From contig CAXMOD010000119.1 of NCBI GenBank assembly GCA_964194905.1, positions 6,813 through 70,812 of the forward strand: 64,000 nucleotides of DNA, given 5' to 3'. This document shows, in pieces, positions 44,674 through 54,400 of this stretch. Position 1 is the stretch's first letter. Each line of letters starts with the position of its first letter. The notes below the pieces were generated by a model, which did not search any database, was not told the DNA's origin, and saw only the letters and a program-made list of their open reading frames with translations. The position numbers and the translations under genes were made by a program. The DNA is from an uncultured Desulfobacterales bacterium (lineage in GTDB: Bacteria > Myxococcota_A > UBA9160 > JAFDET01).

Positions 44674-45773
44674 GGCGTACTCCAGGCGGCGACGGGATCG
44701 AACAGCACCGCCGGACGGCGGTACTCCTGGTCGAGCAGATAGAAATACATCACGGCCATGGAATCCTGGTCTACCCCGCTGGTGTTGTCGTAGACGCTCA
44801 CGATCTCGTACTCGTGGGTGGCGTAGAGGGGAATTCCCTCGGCGCTCGAGAAGTAGTCCACATGGGCGAGCCCAATGCCCGCCTCCGGCGGCCGCGCGTG
44901 GCTCTTGAAGAGCGTCTCGCCTGTGGTGAGGTCGCGAAGCGTGAGCGACTCGGCGAACGGGTGCAGGTGCACGGCGATGTAGTGCAGGGTGGTGTCGAAG
45001 GGCAGGTTGATCCAGCGCGTCACGTTCGTGCGGTTGACCTCGTGCCCGGGCTTCACCACCCAGTGGCCTGCGAACGTGCGGCCCTGGGCGTCCTCGATCA
45101 CACGCGCGCTGGCGTTCTCTCCGGGCAGACAGCCGGGTCCGTGCACCCCTTCCTCGGGCTCCTCGGTCGCGAAGAACCCCCGCTCGCCGTCGAGCGACAC
45201 GAGCCCTGCGGCCGCAGAAGGAAAGAGTGGGCGCATGGGCTCCTTCAGTTCGCGGTCGCGCACGTAGCGGATCGTGACATGGTGGCGAACCTGGAACTTC
45301 TCATCCGGGCGATTGTGATTTAGCACCTGGGTGGTGAGGTCGAGCTTCTCGGTGGAGAGGATGGGGACGCCGAACCCTTCGGGAAAGTCGATCTCGAACT
45401 GACCCTGGGAGAGCGTGAAGATGCGCGCGGCGGTCGTCTTGGTCCACCCGAAGAGCTGCCGGTGATTGTCGATGTCCAGGTCCAGATTGCTGTGACACAT
45501 GAACTCCTGGGACAGGGGCGTGCTGCCGTCCGCCGCCACCATGCGCGCCTCGTAGCCCACGATCCAGAGAAGCTCCGGGAAGAGGCTCTCCTCGATGCTG
45601 ACCTTCTGGGTGCTGTAGGGGCCGCGCATGGACTTGTACAGCTTGTCCACGTCGTACACGTCGGAAAGGATGGTCCGCTCGTGCACCGGAGGGCTCGCCT
45701 GGGCGAGCGCGGGGACGACGAGGCCGGCGACCAGGGCACCTGCGGCCAACCGGCGTCGGCAAGAAAGGAGCAT
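44670..45773 (-). CDS. Secreted protein with a possible PHM/DBH-like copper-monooxygenase C-terminal half
   Basis: 367 aa with signal peptide LVAGLVVPALAQA. H269-x-H271 (AVHLHPF) and DSM339AVM342YFY lie about 70 residues apart, resembling the CuM site of peptidylglycine monooxygenase. The N-terminal His pattern (H94, H164-H165) does not match cleanly. Confidence 0.55.
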   Translation of the reverse strand: MLLSCRRRLAAGALVAGLVVPALAQASPPVHERTILSDVYDVDKLYKSMRGPYSTQKVSIEESLFPELLWIVGYEARMVAADGSTPLSQEFMCHSNLDLDIDNHRQLFGWTKTTAARIFTLSQGQFEIDFPEGFGVPILSTEKLDLTTQVLNHNRPDEKFQVRHHVTIRYVRDRELKEPMRPLFPSAAAGLVSLDGERGFFATEEPEEGVHGPGCLPGENASARVIEDAQGRTFAGHWVVKPGHEVNRTNVTRWINLPFDTTLHYIAVHLHPFAESLTLRDLTTGETLFKSHARPPEAGIGLAHVDYFSSAEGIPLYATHEYEIVSVYDNTSGVDQDSMAVMYFYLLDQEYRRPAVLFDPVAAWSTP

Positions 45774-45784
45774 GGCGCCCGAGT

Positions 45785-47221
45785 CTATCGCATCAACTCC
45801 TGACGGCGCTCGTAGGTCGCCGTCTCGGTGCGGTAGGCGACGTAGTACTTGAAGATATTGCTCACGTAGCGCACAGGCTCGCGGCCGACGCGCCGCGCCA
45901 CCACCACTTCCACGTTTTCGAACCAGCGGTTCGGGTCGAGCCCGATCCGCTCCGCCTCGCCGCGCAGACGTTGGATACGGTTCGGACCGGCATTGTAGCC
46001 GGCGAAGGCGAGCAGCTGACGGTTCAGCTCGTCGAGTCCCGGATCGTTGAAGTAGTTGTTCACCAGCACGCGCAGGTACTTCACACCGGCGTGGATGTTG
46101 TTCTCGAGGTCCTGGATCTCGGGGATGCCCACCTCGTGGGAGGCCGCCGTCGAGGGCAGCACCTGCATCACCCCCACCGCTCCCGCCGAGCTCACCAGGT
46201 TCTGGTCGAGACCCGACTCCTGGAACGCCTGCGCCGCCACCATCAACCAGTCGAACTCGTAACGGTTGCCGTATTGCTGAAAGAGGTGGCCCATCTCCTC
46301 GAGCCGCTGGAGGGAGCGCTCGGTACGGTTGTTCTTCACCCAGGGATTCTTCTTGAAGTAGCGCTTCATCAGGACGTTCCCGAACAGGGTCCCCTTGCGG
46401 TGCGTACGCATGAAGGCGTCCACCTCCGCCTTGAGCTTCGGCGCATCCTGGGGCAGCGCCCAGGCGATCTCGACGTCGTCCCGGAGAGCGGCTTCATCGT
46501 ACACCGTGAGCGTGTCCCACACGTCGGCCCAGAACGCCGCAAGGTACGAGTCCGCGACGGTGAGGGGCGCGGTGCCCGCGGCCGTGAACTCCAGCAGGTC
46601 CTCGGTCTCCAGCGCCTCGTCCGCGGCCACGATGCGCACCGGTGCGCGGCCCTCCGCGGCAAAGCGGGCGTTGAGCGCGGTGAGACTCTCGTAGAAGCTG
46701 CTCGACCGCCGCACCCAGATCTCGCGGCCCGACAGGTCCTCGATGGAGCGGACCGGCTCGCTCTCCGGGCCGCCCACGACCAACTCGCGCACACCCGTGA
46801 TTGAGGGGCTCCCGAACGCCACCTCACGTTGGCGCAACTCGGTCACGCTCAGGTTGGCGGCGGCCATGTCGCCCTTGCCTTCGACGAGGCGCGAGATGAG
46901 CTCGTCACGGGCGACGGGAATGTAGACGACCCCGATGGGTCGGCGGCGCAGTTTGAGCTTCTTGTTCAGCTGCTTGACGAATTCCTCGACCGCCTCGAAG
47001 GTGAGGCCCCGCGGAGTGGCGCCGTCGAGGAAGTAGTTGGTGCGGCTGTACGTGGTGAGAACCCGCAGGCGGCCGCGTTCGATGATCCCGTCGAGGTCTC
47101 CGTACCAGACCTCGTCGAAGCGGATCTCAGACTCGAACGGATCCACCGAGTCCTTCGGTTCCGCCCATGCGGAGAAGGAGAGCTGCACGACTGCAGCGAC
47201 GACGCCGATCCAACGAAGCAC
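45785..47221 (-). CDS. mltF: Membrane-bound lytic murein transglycosylase F-like (SBP_bac_3 domain + SLT domain)
   Basis: 478 aa with a signal peptide and a periplasmic-binding-like N-terminal half. The SLT catalytic region reads AQAFQESGLDQNLVSSAGAVGVMQVLPSTA...AGYNAGPNR. Confidence 0.85.
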   Translation of the reverse strand: MLRWIGVVAAVVQLSFSAWAEPKDSVDPFESEIRFDEVWYGDLDGIIERGRLRVLTTYSRTNYFLDGATPRGLTFEAVEEFVKQLNKKLKLRRRPIGVVYIPVARDELISRLVEGKGDMAAANLSVTELRQREVAFGSPSITGVRELVVGGPESEPVRSIEDLSGREIWVRRSSSFYESLTALNARFAAEGRAPVRIVAADEALETEDLLEFTAAGTAPLTVADSYLAAFWADVWDTLTVYDEAALRDDVEIAWALPQDAPKLKAEVDAFMRTHRKGTLFGNVLMKRYFKKNPWVKNNRTERSLQRLEEMGHLFQQYGNRYEFDWLMVAAQAFQESGLDQNLVSSAGAVGVMQVLPSTAASHEVGIPEIQDLENNIHAGVKYLRVLVNNYFNDPGLDELNRQLLAFAGYNAGPNRIQRLRGEAERIGLDPNRWFENVEVVVARRVGREPVRYVSNIFKYYVAYRTETATYERRQELMR

Positions 47222-47230
47222 GGGTTTCTC

Positions 47231-49330
47231 CTAGTCCGCCGGAGCACCCTTCTCTGCGTAGAGGGCGCGCGCGCGGTCGATCACGTAGGCCTGCACGAGC
47301 CGGGTGCGTCCGGCGTCGAGGATCCCGGCGAAACTCGGCATTCCGCGGCGTTCGAAGCCACCGCGTAGCACTGCGTCGTCGAAGACCGCGTGCCTCTCGG
47401 CCGGCATGTAGCGCAGGTCCGGCACGACGCGGCTGCTCATGGCGAAGGGGCCGTGGCAGGACCCGCAGTAGCGATGGTAGAGGGTGTTCCCCTCGGCAAC
47501 CTCCGCCTCCGACGCTTCCTGGCGCGGGGGGACCGGTACACGCAGATCGCGGGGCGTGGACTCCGGGAGGGGTGCCGCACCGTCCAGCTTGAAGACGAGG
47601 ACGCGCCCTTCGTTGAGACGCTCCTCGATCACGGCGCCCTCCGCCGGGCCCGTCGGAACCGCGACGCCTCCCCACCCGACGGCCACCGCCAGGTACTGCT
47701 CGCCGTCGAGGGCATAGCTGATCGGTGGCGCGATGATGCCCGTGGTGGTCTGCACCTCCCACACCTCCCGGCCGTCGCGAGCGTCGTGGGCCACCAGGCG
47801 TCCGTCACCGCCACCCGCGAAGACGAGACCGCCGCCCGTCGAGAGGACGCCGCCGTTCCAGTAGCCCGCCTGGGGCGCGCGCCAGGCGGCGCGTTGGGTC
47901 ACCGGATCCCAGGCGAGCAGGTGCGCGGTCATCTTCGGCAGCCTCTTCTCCACGTGCGCGGCAACGCCTTCCCAGCTCAGGCCTGTCGGCCAGATACCCG
48001 GCTGGGGAGAGAACTCGGGGTCGTTCACGTACCAGAACTCCGCGTCGCGGGCCGGCACGTAGACGAGCCGCGTGTCCGGGTTGTAGGCCATCGGCTGCCA
48101 GTTGTGAGCGCCTGCCGGCGGAGGGAACACCAGCTTCGGCGATTCGCTGTAGTCACCGAGTCCGGTCTCCAGCGGACGGCCGGTCACCGGGTTCACGCCG
48201 CTGGCCCAGCTCACGCTGACGTAGGCCTGAGCGGAGAGCAGCTTGCCGGTCTCGCGATCCAGCACGTAGAAGAAGCCGTTCTTCGGCGCCTGCATCAACA
48301 CCTTGCGCAGGCGGCCGCCGATCTGCAGGTCGGCCAGGATGATGTGCTGGACCGCGGTGTAGTCCCAGTTGTCGCCCGGCGTGGTCTGGTAGTGCCAGAC
48401 GAGCCGTCCCGTGTCGGGGCGCAGCGCGAGGATCGACGAGAGGAAGAGGTTGTCGCCGCCGCCGGGGCTGCGCACGTGGCGGGTCCACGGCGAACCGTTT
48501 CCCGTTCCGACGTAGAGCAGGTCGAGCTCGGGGTCGTAGGCCATCGAGTCCCAGACCGTCCCGCCTCCACCGATCTCCCACCAGCGACCGTTCCACGTGG
48601 TGGCGGCCTTCTCCAGCTCCGGGTGCTCGAAGGGCAGCGACGGGTCGCCCGGCACGGTGTAGAAGCGCCAGGCCTGCTCGCCGGTGTCCGCGTCGTAGGC
48701 GGTGACGTAGCCACGCACCCCGAACTCCGCTCCGCCGTTGCCGATCACCACCTTGTTCTTCACCACGCGCGGGGCGCCGGTGATGGTGTAGGGCATTCCC
48801 GGCGGAGTCGTGCGCACGTCCCACACGGGCTCTCCGTTGGCCGCGTCCAGCGCGACCAGGCGTCCGTCGAGCGTACCCACGTAGACACGGCCGTTCGACA
48901 CGGCCACTCCGCGGTTCACCACGTCGCAGCAAGCCCAGCGGGCCCACGCCCCCGGCACTTGCGGGTCGTACATCCACAGCCGCTTGCCGGTGCGCGCGTC
49001 CAGTGCGTGCACCTTGCTCCACGGCGCAGTGACGTACATGACCCCGTCCACCACGATGGGCGTCGCTTCCACACCGCGCATCGAGTTGAACTCGTACGAC
49101 CAGGCCAGACCCAGGCGCGCCACGGTCTCACGGTTGATCTGGTCGAGGGGGGTGTGGCGTTCCTCGGCGTAGGTGCGGCCGTGCAGCGGCCAGTCCGCGG
49201 CGAGTGCCGGGGCCTCATGCGAGGCACTCTGGTCGTCGGCCGGCCCCGGCCCGCAGGCCAGGACGAACCCGAACAGTACCGACGCGCAGGAGAACAGGAC
49301 GCGGAAGCGGGCGCAGCGCGGACTCATCAT
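47231..49330 (-). CDS. PQQ-dependent quinohemoprotein alcohol dehydrogenase (type II, C-terminal cytochrome c)
   Basis: ORF 47231..49720 trimmed to ATG 49330 (MMSPRCARF..., signal/lipobox LACG). Contains W-repeat propeller motifs, the vicinal disulfide WACCDVVNRG, and the heme site CGSCHG. Confidence 0.9.
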   Translation of the reverse strand: MMSPRCARFRVLFSCASVLFGFVLACGPGPADDQSASHEAPALAADWPLHGRTYAEERHTPLDQINRETVARLGLAWSYEFNSMRGVEATPIVVDGVMYVTAPWSKVHALDARTGKRLWMYDPQVPGAWARWACCDVVNRGVAVSNGRVYVGTLDGRLVALDAANGEPVWDVRTTPPGMPYTITGAPRVVKNKVVIGNGGAEFGVRGYVTAYDADTGEQAWRFYTVPGDPSLPFEHPELEKAATTWNGRWWEIGGGGTVWDSMAYDPELDLLYVGTGNGSPWTRHVRSPGGGDNLFLSSILALRPDTGRLVWHYQTTPGDNWDYTAVQHIILADLQIGGRLRKVLMQAPKNGFFYVLDRETGKLLSAQAYVSVSWASGVNPVTGRPLETGLGDYSESPKLVFPPPAGAHNWQPMAYNPDTRLVYVPARDAEFWYVNDPEFSPQPGIWPTGLSWEGVAAHVEKRLPKMTAHLLAWDPVTQRAAWRAPQAGYWNGGVLSTGGGLVFAGGGDGRLVAHDARDGREVWEVQTTTGIIAPPISYALDGEQYLAVAVGWGGVAVPTGPAEGAVIEERLNEGRVLVFKLDGAAPLPESTPRDLRVPVPPRQEASEAEVAEGNTLYHRYCGSCHGPFAMSSRVVPDLRYMPAERHAVFDDAVLRGGFERRGMPSFAGILDAGRTRLVQAYVIDRARALYAEKGAPAD

Positions 49331-50493
49331 CGCACCTCGTGACGCGCGCCCCCGTCGAGGAGCGCGATGTCGGAGTAGGCACAGCGGCCTTCGCGGCGCT
49401 GGAACAAGCTCACCGCGATGAGCCACACCCGCACCACGCGCTGCGGCGGGTCGCCCACGTGCTTGGCGTAGTCGCGGCGCAGGAAGCGCTCCTCGTCGAG
49501 CCAGCGGCCGAGGTCCGAGTCGCCGGAGCGGATCACCACATGGGTCTCGCGGTCGGTCCAGTTCGCCAACGGACAGGCGTAGCCGGTCTCGGGGGGAAGG
49601 GCACAGCTCCAGGTGTAGGTGATGTCCTTCCCGTTCTCGAACTCGGCTGCGATGCTCACATAGTCGTGGGTGATGGGAGTGTTCTCGGCCGTCTTCGACG
49701 GCAGCGCGTCCACCTTCCACGACCAGGCCAGGCGGGTCCCCGCTGTGAGCGGAACGTCCACGTCGCGCTGCAGGATCGCGACGTCGCCCTGGGTGCGGCA
49801 GTCGATGGCATCTCGCCCGTCCTCACTGCGGCGGCGGTACACCTCGGCGGGACCCAGGAACCAGAGGTAGCGCCAGCCGTCGGGCGTGGCGTCGGGCTCG
49901 GCGAGGCGTTCCAGCTCGCCGCTTACGAGACCGCCGGGATCGCCCAGCGCCGCGAGAGAGCGAAGTCCGGCGACGGGGTCCACGGCCCAGCGCACCGCCA
50001 ATACGCAAAGGCCTCCGCGCACCGCGCTCCACGCCTCGGGCGGAGTTTCGAACCCGCCGTGCTCGTCGCTCCACTCGCCCGGGAAATAGCTCGCGAGCTG
50101 AAGCTGGCCCGAAGCGTCCGCCTCGAAGGTGTGGGTGTCGCGGGTGCCGCGCAGGATGCGCCCGGTCTGCGCTCCATCCCCGCCTTCATCTATTCGCGCC
50201 CAGACCTGGAAGGCCGGCGGCATCCAGAGATCGAGCTCCTCGGAGATCCACGCCCGCCCCGCACTGAAGAGGGTCACGCGATCGCCCTTCTTCGCCTGAA
50301 GGCCGGTGGCATGCCAGGGGGGCCGGTCCACCGGCAGATCCGCGAAGCCGTGCTGCGCCACCACCCCTTCCGGCAATCCGGCGAGCAGGGGCTGGAACGC
50401 GTCACGGAATTCCTGGGGGTCCACGGCGGGCAGCCTATCACGGCAGGGTGCGGCCGCGTGCGCCCGTGGGGCAGCGCTACCCTGCGCGGCCAT
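49327..50493 (-). CDS. DUF3047-containing protein with an N-terminal extra domain
   Basis: C-terminal WKVDALPSK...HDYVSIAAEFENGKDITYTWS...VWLIAVS resembles DUF3047. Its stop overlaps the ADH ATG (ATGA). The start is uncertain: ATG 50493 forms a CATG with the divergent EamA start, and GTG 50424 is the alternative. Confidence 0.65.
   Translation of the reverse strand: MAAQGSAAPRAHAAAPCRDRLPAVDPQEFRDAFQPLLAGLPEGVVAQHGFADLPVDRPPWHATGLQAKKGDRVTLFSAGRAWISEELDLWMPPAFQVWARIDEGGDGAQTGRILRGTRDTHTFEADASGQLQLASYFPGEWSDEHGGFETPPEAWSAVRGGLCVLAVRWAVDPVAGLRSLAALGDPGGLVSGELERLAEPDATPDGWRYLWFLGPAEVYRRRSEDGRDAIDCRTQGDVAILQRDVDVPLTAGTRLAWSWKVDALPSKTAENTPITHDYVSIAAEFENGKDITYTWSCALPPETGYACPLANWTDRETHVVIRSGDSDLGRWLDEERFLRRDYAKHVGDPPQRVVRVWLIAVSLFQRREGRCAYSDIALLDGGARHEVR
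50478..50483 (+). promoter_or_regulatory. -10-like TACCCT, 8 nt upstream of the ATG at 50492
   Basis: gcTACCCTgcgcggccATG read directly. This is the weakest of the set. Confidence 0.25.
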
Positions 50494-51412
50494 GGTGCGG
50501 CACCAGGCATCGGGACGCTTCGGACTCGGGCTCGCGCTCGCCTCCTCCACCATGGTGCTCTGGGGTGTCCTGCCGCTCATCCTCCAGGGCGTCCTCGGGG
50601 TCCTCGACGCCGTCACGATCACGTGGTTCCGTTTCACGTTCGCCACGCTGGCGTTGCTGCCGTTTCTGGTGCTGCGCGGCCAGCTGCCGCGCCTGCGCGC
50701 GCTCGGCGGTCGTGAGCTGGCGCTGCTCGGCGCCGCCACGGTCTTCCTCGCCGCCAACTACATCACCTACCTGCTGGGTCTCGACCGCACCAATGCGCCC
50801 AGCGCCCAGGTGCTCATCCAGGCCGCGCCGCTGCTGCTGGCGGTCGGCGGCATCTTCGTCTTCCGCGAGCACTTTACGCGCCTCCAGTGGATCGGGCTCG
50901 GCGTACTGGTGCTGGGCATGGGGGGCTTCTTCGCCAGCCAGCTGCGCGCGCTGGCAGACGACCTGGATCGCTACCTGTCGGGTGTGGCGCTGATCGGGGT
51001 CGCGTCGGTTACCTGGGCGATCTACGGACTGGCGCAGAAGCAGCTCCTGCTCTGGCTCCCCTCCCAGGCGATCATGCTCTGCATCTACGCGGGCAGCGCG
51101 CTGATCTTCGCGCTGGGCGCGGAGCCGGTCGCCCTCGCGCAACTCGACGCCAATGGCTGGCTGCTGCTTCTGTTCGCGTCGGCCAACACGCTGCTCGCCT
51201 ACGGGACGTTCGCGGCGGCGCTGGAGCACTGGGAGGCCTCGCGCGTCTCCGCGGTGCTGGCGCTGACGCCTCTGGCCACCCTCGGCTTCACCGTGGTGGC
51301 CGCCGCGCTCTGGCCCGGGCACGTGGACGCGCGCAGCGTCTCGCCGAGCGCTCTCGGCGGCGCCGCTGCCGTGGTGGCGGGCTCGCTGCTGGTGGCCCTG
51401 GGCCGGCGCTAG
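50492..51412 (+). CDS. EamA/DMT-family transporter
   Basis: ORF 50306..51412 trimmed to ATG 50492. 306 aa with 10 TM segments in two EamA halves. Confidence 0.85.
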   Translation: MVRHQASGRFGLGLALASSTMVLWGVLPLILQGVLGVLDAVTITWFRFTFATLALLPFLVLRGQLPRLRALGGRELALLGAATVFLAANYITYLLGLDRTNAPSAQVLIQAAPLLLAVGGIFVFREHFTRLQWIGLGVLVLGMGGFFASQLRALADDLDRYLSGVALIGVASVTWAIYGLAQKQLLLWLPSQAIMLCIYAGSALIFALGAEPVALAQLDANGWLLLLFASANTLLAYGTFAAALEHWEASRVSAVLALTPLATLGFTVVAAALWPGHVDARSVSPSALGGAAAVVAGSLLVALGRR

Positions 51413-54400
51413 CGGCAGGTTGCGAGCGGGTCCTCGAGGAGCCGCGCGCCGAAGTCCTGCAGCCGACGGCGAATCTCCTCGTCGCCAAGCGTCCCCGCCG
51501 CCGCCTCCAGCCGGCTGCGAGACAAAGCGCGCGCGCGGTCCGCACCCGACCCGTCGCCCGTTCGCTCCGCCAGCTCGCCGAGCAGCGCCGCCGCGCGCCA
51601 CATCGCCGGCGGGTAGCCGATGGCCTCTGCCTCTTCCAGCGCCTCGCGCAGGCTTGCCTCTGCGGCGTCCCGGTCGTCCATCACCAAGCACGCGCGGCCG
51701 CGCAGTTCGAGGCCGCGCGCCACCAGCTTGCGGGCGCTGTTGCGGCGGGCGGCTTCCACCTCCGCTTCCGTGTGGCGCAGCGCAGCCTCCGGGTCGCCGC
51801 GCGCCAACGCCAGGCGCGCCTCGGCGTCTGCCAGATGGATCGACCAGCGCCAGCGCATCCACGGATCCACGCCCTCGTCGTGCTCGAGCCGCACGGGCTC
51901 CAGCAGCTCGTCGGCCAGGTCCACGTCTCCCACGGCGATGCGACTGCAGGCCAGGTTGACTGAGGCGTTGCAGTGGATCTCCGCTATCCCGGCCACCAGG
52001 TCCAGCTCCAGCATCTCCTCGGCCAACGTGACCGAGCGGCGGTCGTGCTCGGCCGCCCGTTCGTAGGCCGCAATTTCTCCGTACACCCAGCCCAGGGTGT
52101 TGAGCATCCGAGCGCGGTGCGCGTGGTCTCCGAGACGCTCCGCCAGACCGCACGCTTCCTGCAGCTGGTTCAGCGACTCGCCGTACTCGCCGGTGCAACA
52201 GAGCGCCTTGGCGCGGAACCACTGGATCAGGATCATTAGCCCGGGGAGGGAGTGCTTCTTGGCGAGCTCGATCCCCGCCCGCTGCACGACCGCGCTGGTG
52301 CGGTAATCGCCGGTCCACTCGGCGGCCTGGCCGTGCAGGTAGTGCAGCACGACCTGCACTTCCGGGTGGGTCGGATCCAGCTTCGTCACCTCCCGAATCC
52401 CGGCTCCGTACTCCTCCCAACGTCCCCGGGTGGCGCACTCGAAGGTGCTCATCGCCTTGGCGAAGGCAAGCCCGTCGGTCAGCCCGTGCTCGATGGAGAA
52501 GCGCTCACCTTCGGCCACAGCAGCCTTCAGGGCCGAATAGTGGTGGCCCCAGAAGAAGCTGTGGGCGGCGCGGCCCAGGTTGATCGCGCGGTCCCCGGGC
52601 ACGCTGGCCAGCTCAGCCGCGCGCAGCAACGCATCGCCCGACTCCTGGAAGCGGCTCATCGCCATGTTGGCCATGCCCTGCAGCTCTTCGATCTGGCGGC
52701 GGGTGTCGCTGTCGACGGCGTCTCCCAGACGGTCCGCGATCTCCAGCGCGCGCCGCGCGTGCTCCACGGCCGACTGGTTGGCGAACGCTCCCGCCGCCTT
52801 CTCGGCGGCGCGCACGGTGTACAGGAAGGCCTTGTCCCACTCCTCCGCCGCCGTGAAATGGTGGGCGAGCTGCTCCACGTGCTCCGCCAGCCGGTCCCTG
52901 TAGAGCTCCTCGATCGCCAGGCCCACGATGCGGTGGAGCACTCTGCGGCGCCCCTCGAGCACGCTGTCGTAGGCGACGTCGCGAGTGAGGGCGTGCTTGA
53001 ACATGAACGCGAGCTCGGGATGCGAAGCCTTCTCGTAGATGAGCTCGAGCGCGCGAAGCTCTTCGATCATGGGTCCGAGCCGGTCGCCCGCCTCCACGAT
53101 GCGATCGAGCAGGCGCAACGCGAACTCGCGTCCGATCACAGCACCGATCTGGAGGGCGCGCTTGGGCTCTTCGTCCAGTCGATCCAGGCGCGCCATCAAC
53201 ACTTCCTGGATCGATCCGGGCACCGAGAGGCTGCCGACGTCGCGCACCAGCTCCACGGTGCTGCCGCCCTTGCGCACGGAGCCGTCCTCCACGAGCGACT
53301 GCACCATCTCCTCGATGAAGAACGGATTGCCCTCGGCGCGGTCCGCGATGAGCCCGCTCAGCGCTTCGGGCACGCCCGACGAATCGAGCATCGCCTCCGC
53401 CATGCGGCCCATCTCCGGCTTCGAGAGAGGTTGGAGTGCCAGACGCGTGTGGTAGCTCCGGTCGCCGAACGGATGGTTGTAGCCGGGGCGGTGCGTCAGC
53501 AGCAGAAGTGAGCGCGACGCCGGAATGGAGTGGATCATGTACTGGAGGAACTCTTCCGACGCGCGGTCGATCCAGTGGATGTCCTCCACCACCAGCACGA
53601 AGGGCACCTGCTCGCACAGGCGCTGGAAGCGGGCGCAGACCGCGCGGAAGGTCTCACTGCGCCGCGTCGCGGCGTCCTGCGCATCGACCTCTTCGTCACC
53701 GCTGGGCAGCGAGAGCAACAGGCGCATGTAGGGCAGGGTCCACTCGAGGCCACCTCCAGAACGCGCCTCGTCTGCCTCGATCTTGCGCTGGATGGTCGGG
53801 TCGTCGTCTGCCTCTTCGATCCCGAAGCGCCGCCGCAGCCCGTCGACGATGGGGTGGAACGGGAAGTCGCGCGCGTACGTCATGCAGCGCCCCTCTACCC
53901 ACTCGTGCGGCCGGCCCTCGAGGGTGCGCTGGAACTCGTAGCGAAGTCGCGACTTGCCGATGCCTGCCTCGCCTACCAGGAAGACGACCTGGCCCTTGCC
54001 CTCGGCAGCAGAGACGAAGGCGCGCTCCAGCGCGGCGAGCTCGTGCCTGCGCCCGACCAACGGCGTCAGCCCGGCGCGTGCACGCGCCTCCACGCGCCCG
54101 AGCCCCTCCCGGGCTTCGAGCACGCGGTACGCGCGGACCGGCTCGGACTTCCCCTTCACCGACAGGGCCCCCAGGTCCTCCAGCTCGAAGTAGCCCTCCA
54201 CGAGGGCCTTGGTCGCGTCGGAGATGATCACCCCACCCGGCGGAGCGAGTCCCTCGAGCCGAGCGGCCAGGTTCGTGGTATCGCCGATCGCGGTGTAGTC
54301 CATGCGCAGGTCGTTGCCGATTCGCCCCACCACGACCGGGCCCGAGTGGATGCCGATCCGCATCCTGAAATCGACGCCGTGGCTGGCACGCACCCCGGCC

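Noticed and set aside
50491-50494. CATG in which the DUF3047 (minus) and EamA (plus) start codons would overlap
   Set aside because: Noted only as a curiosity. It is more likely that the DUF3047 gene starts at the in-frame GTG 50424, which leaves a 67-bp divergent region. It is not reported as a regulatory feature.
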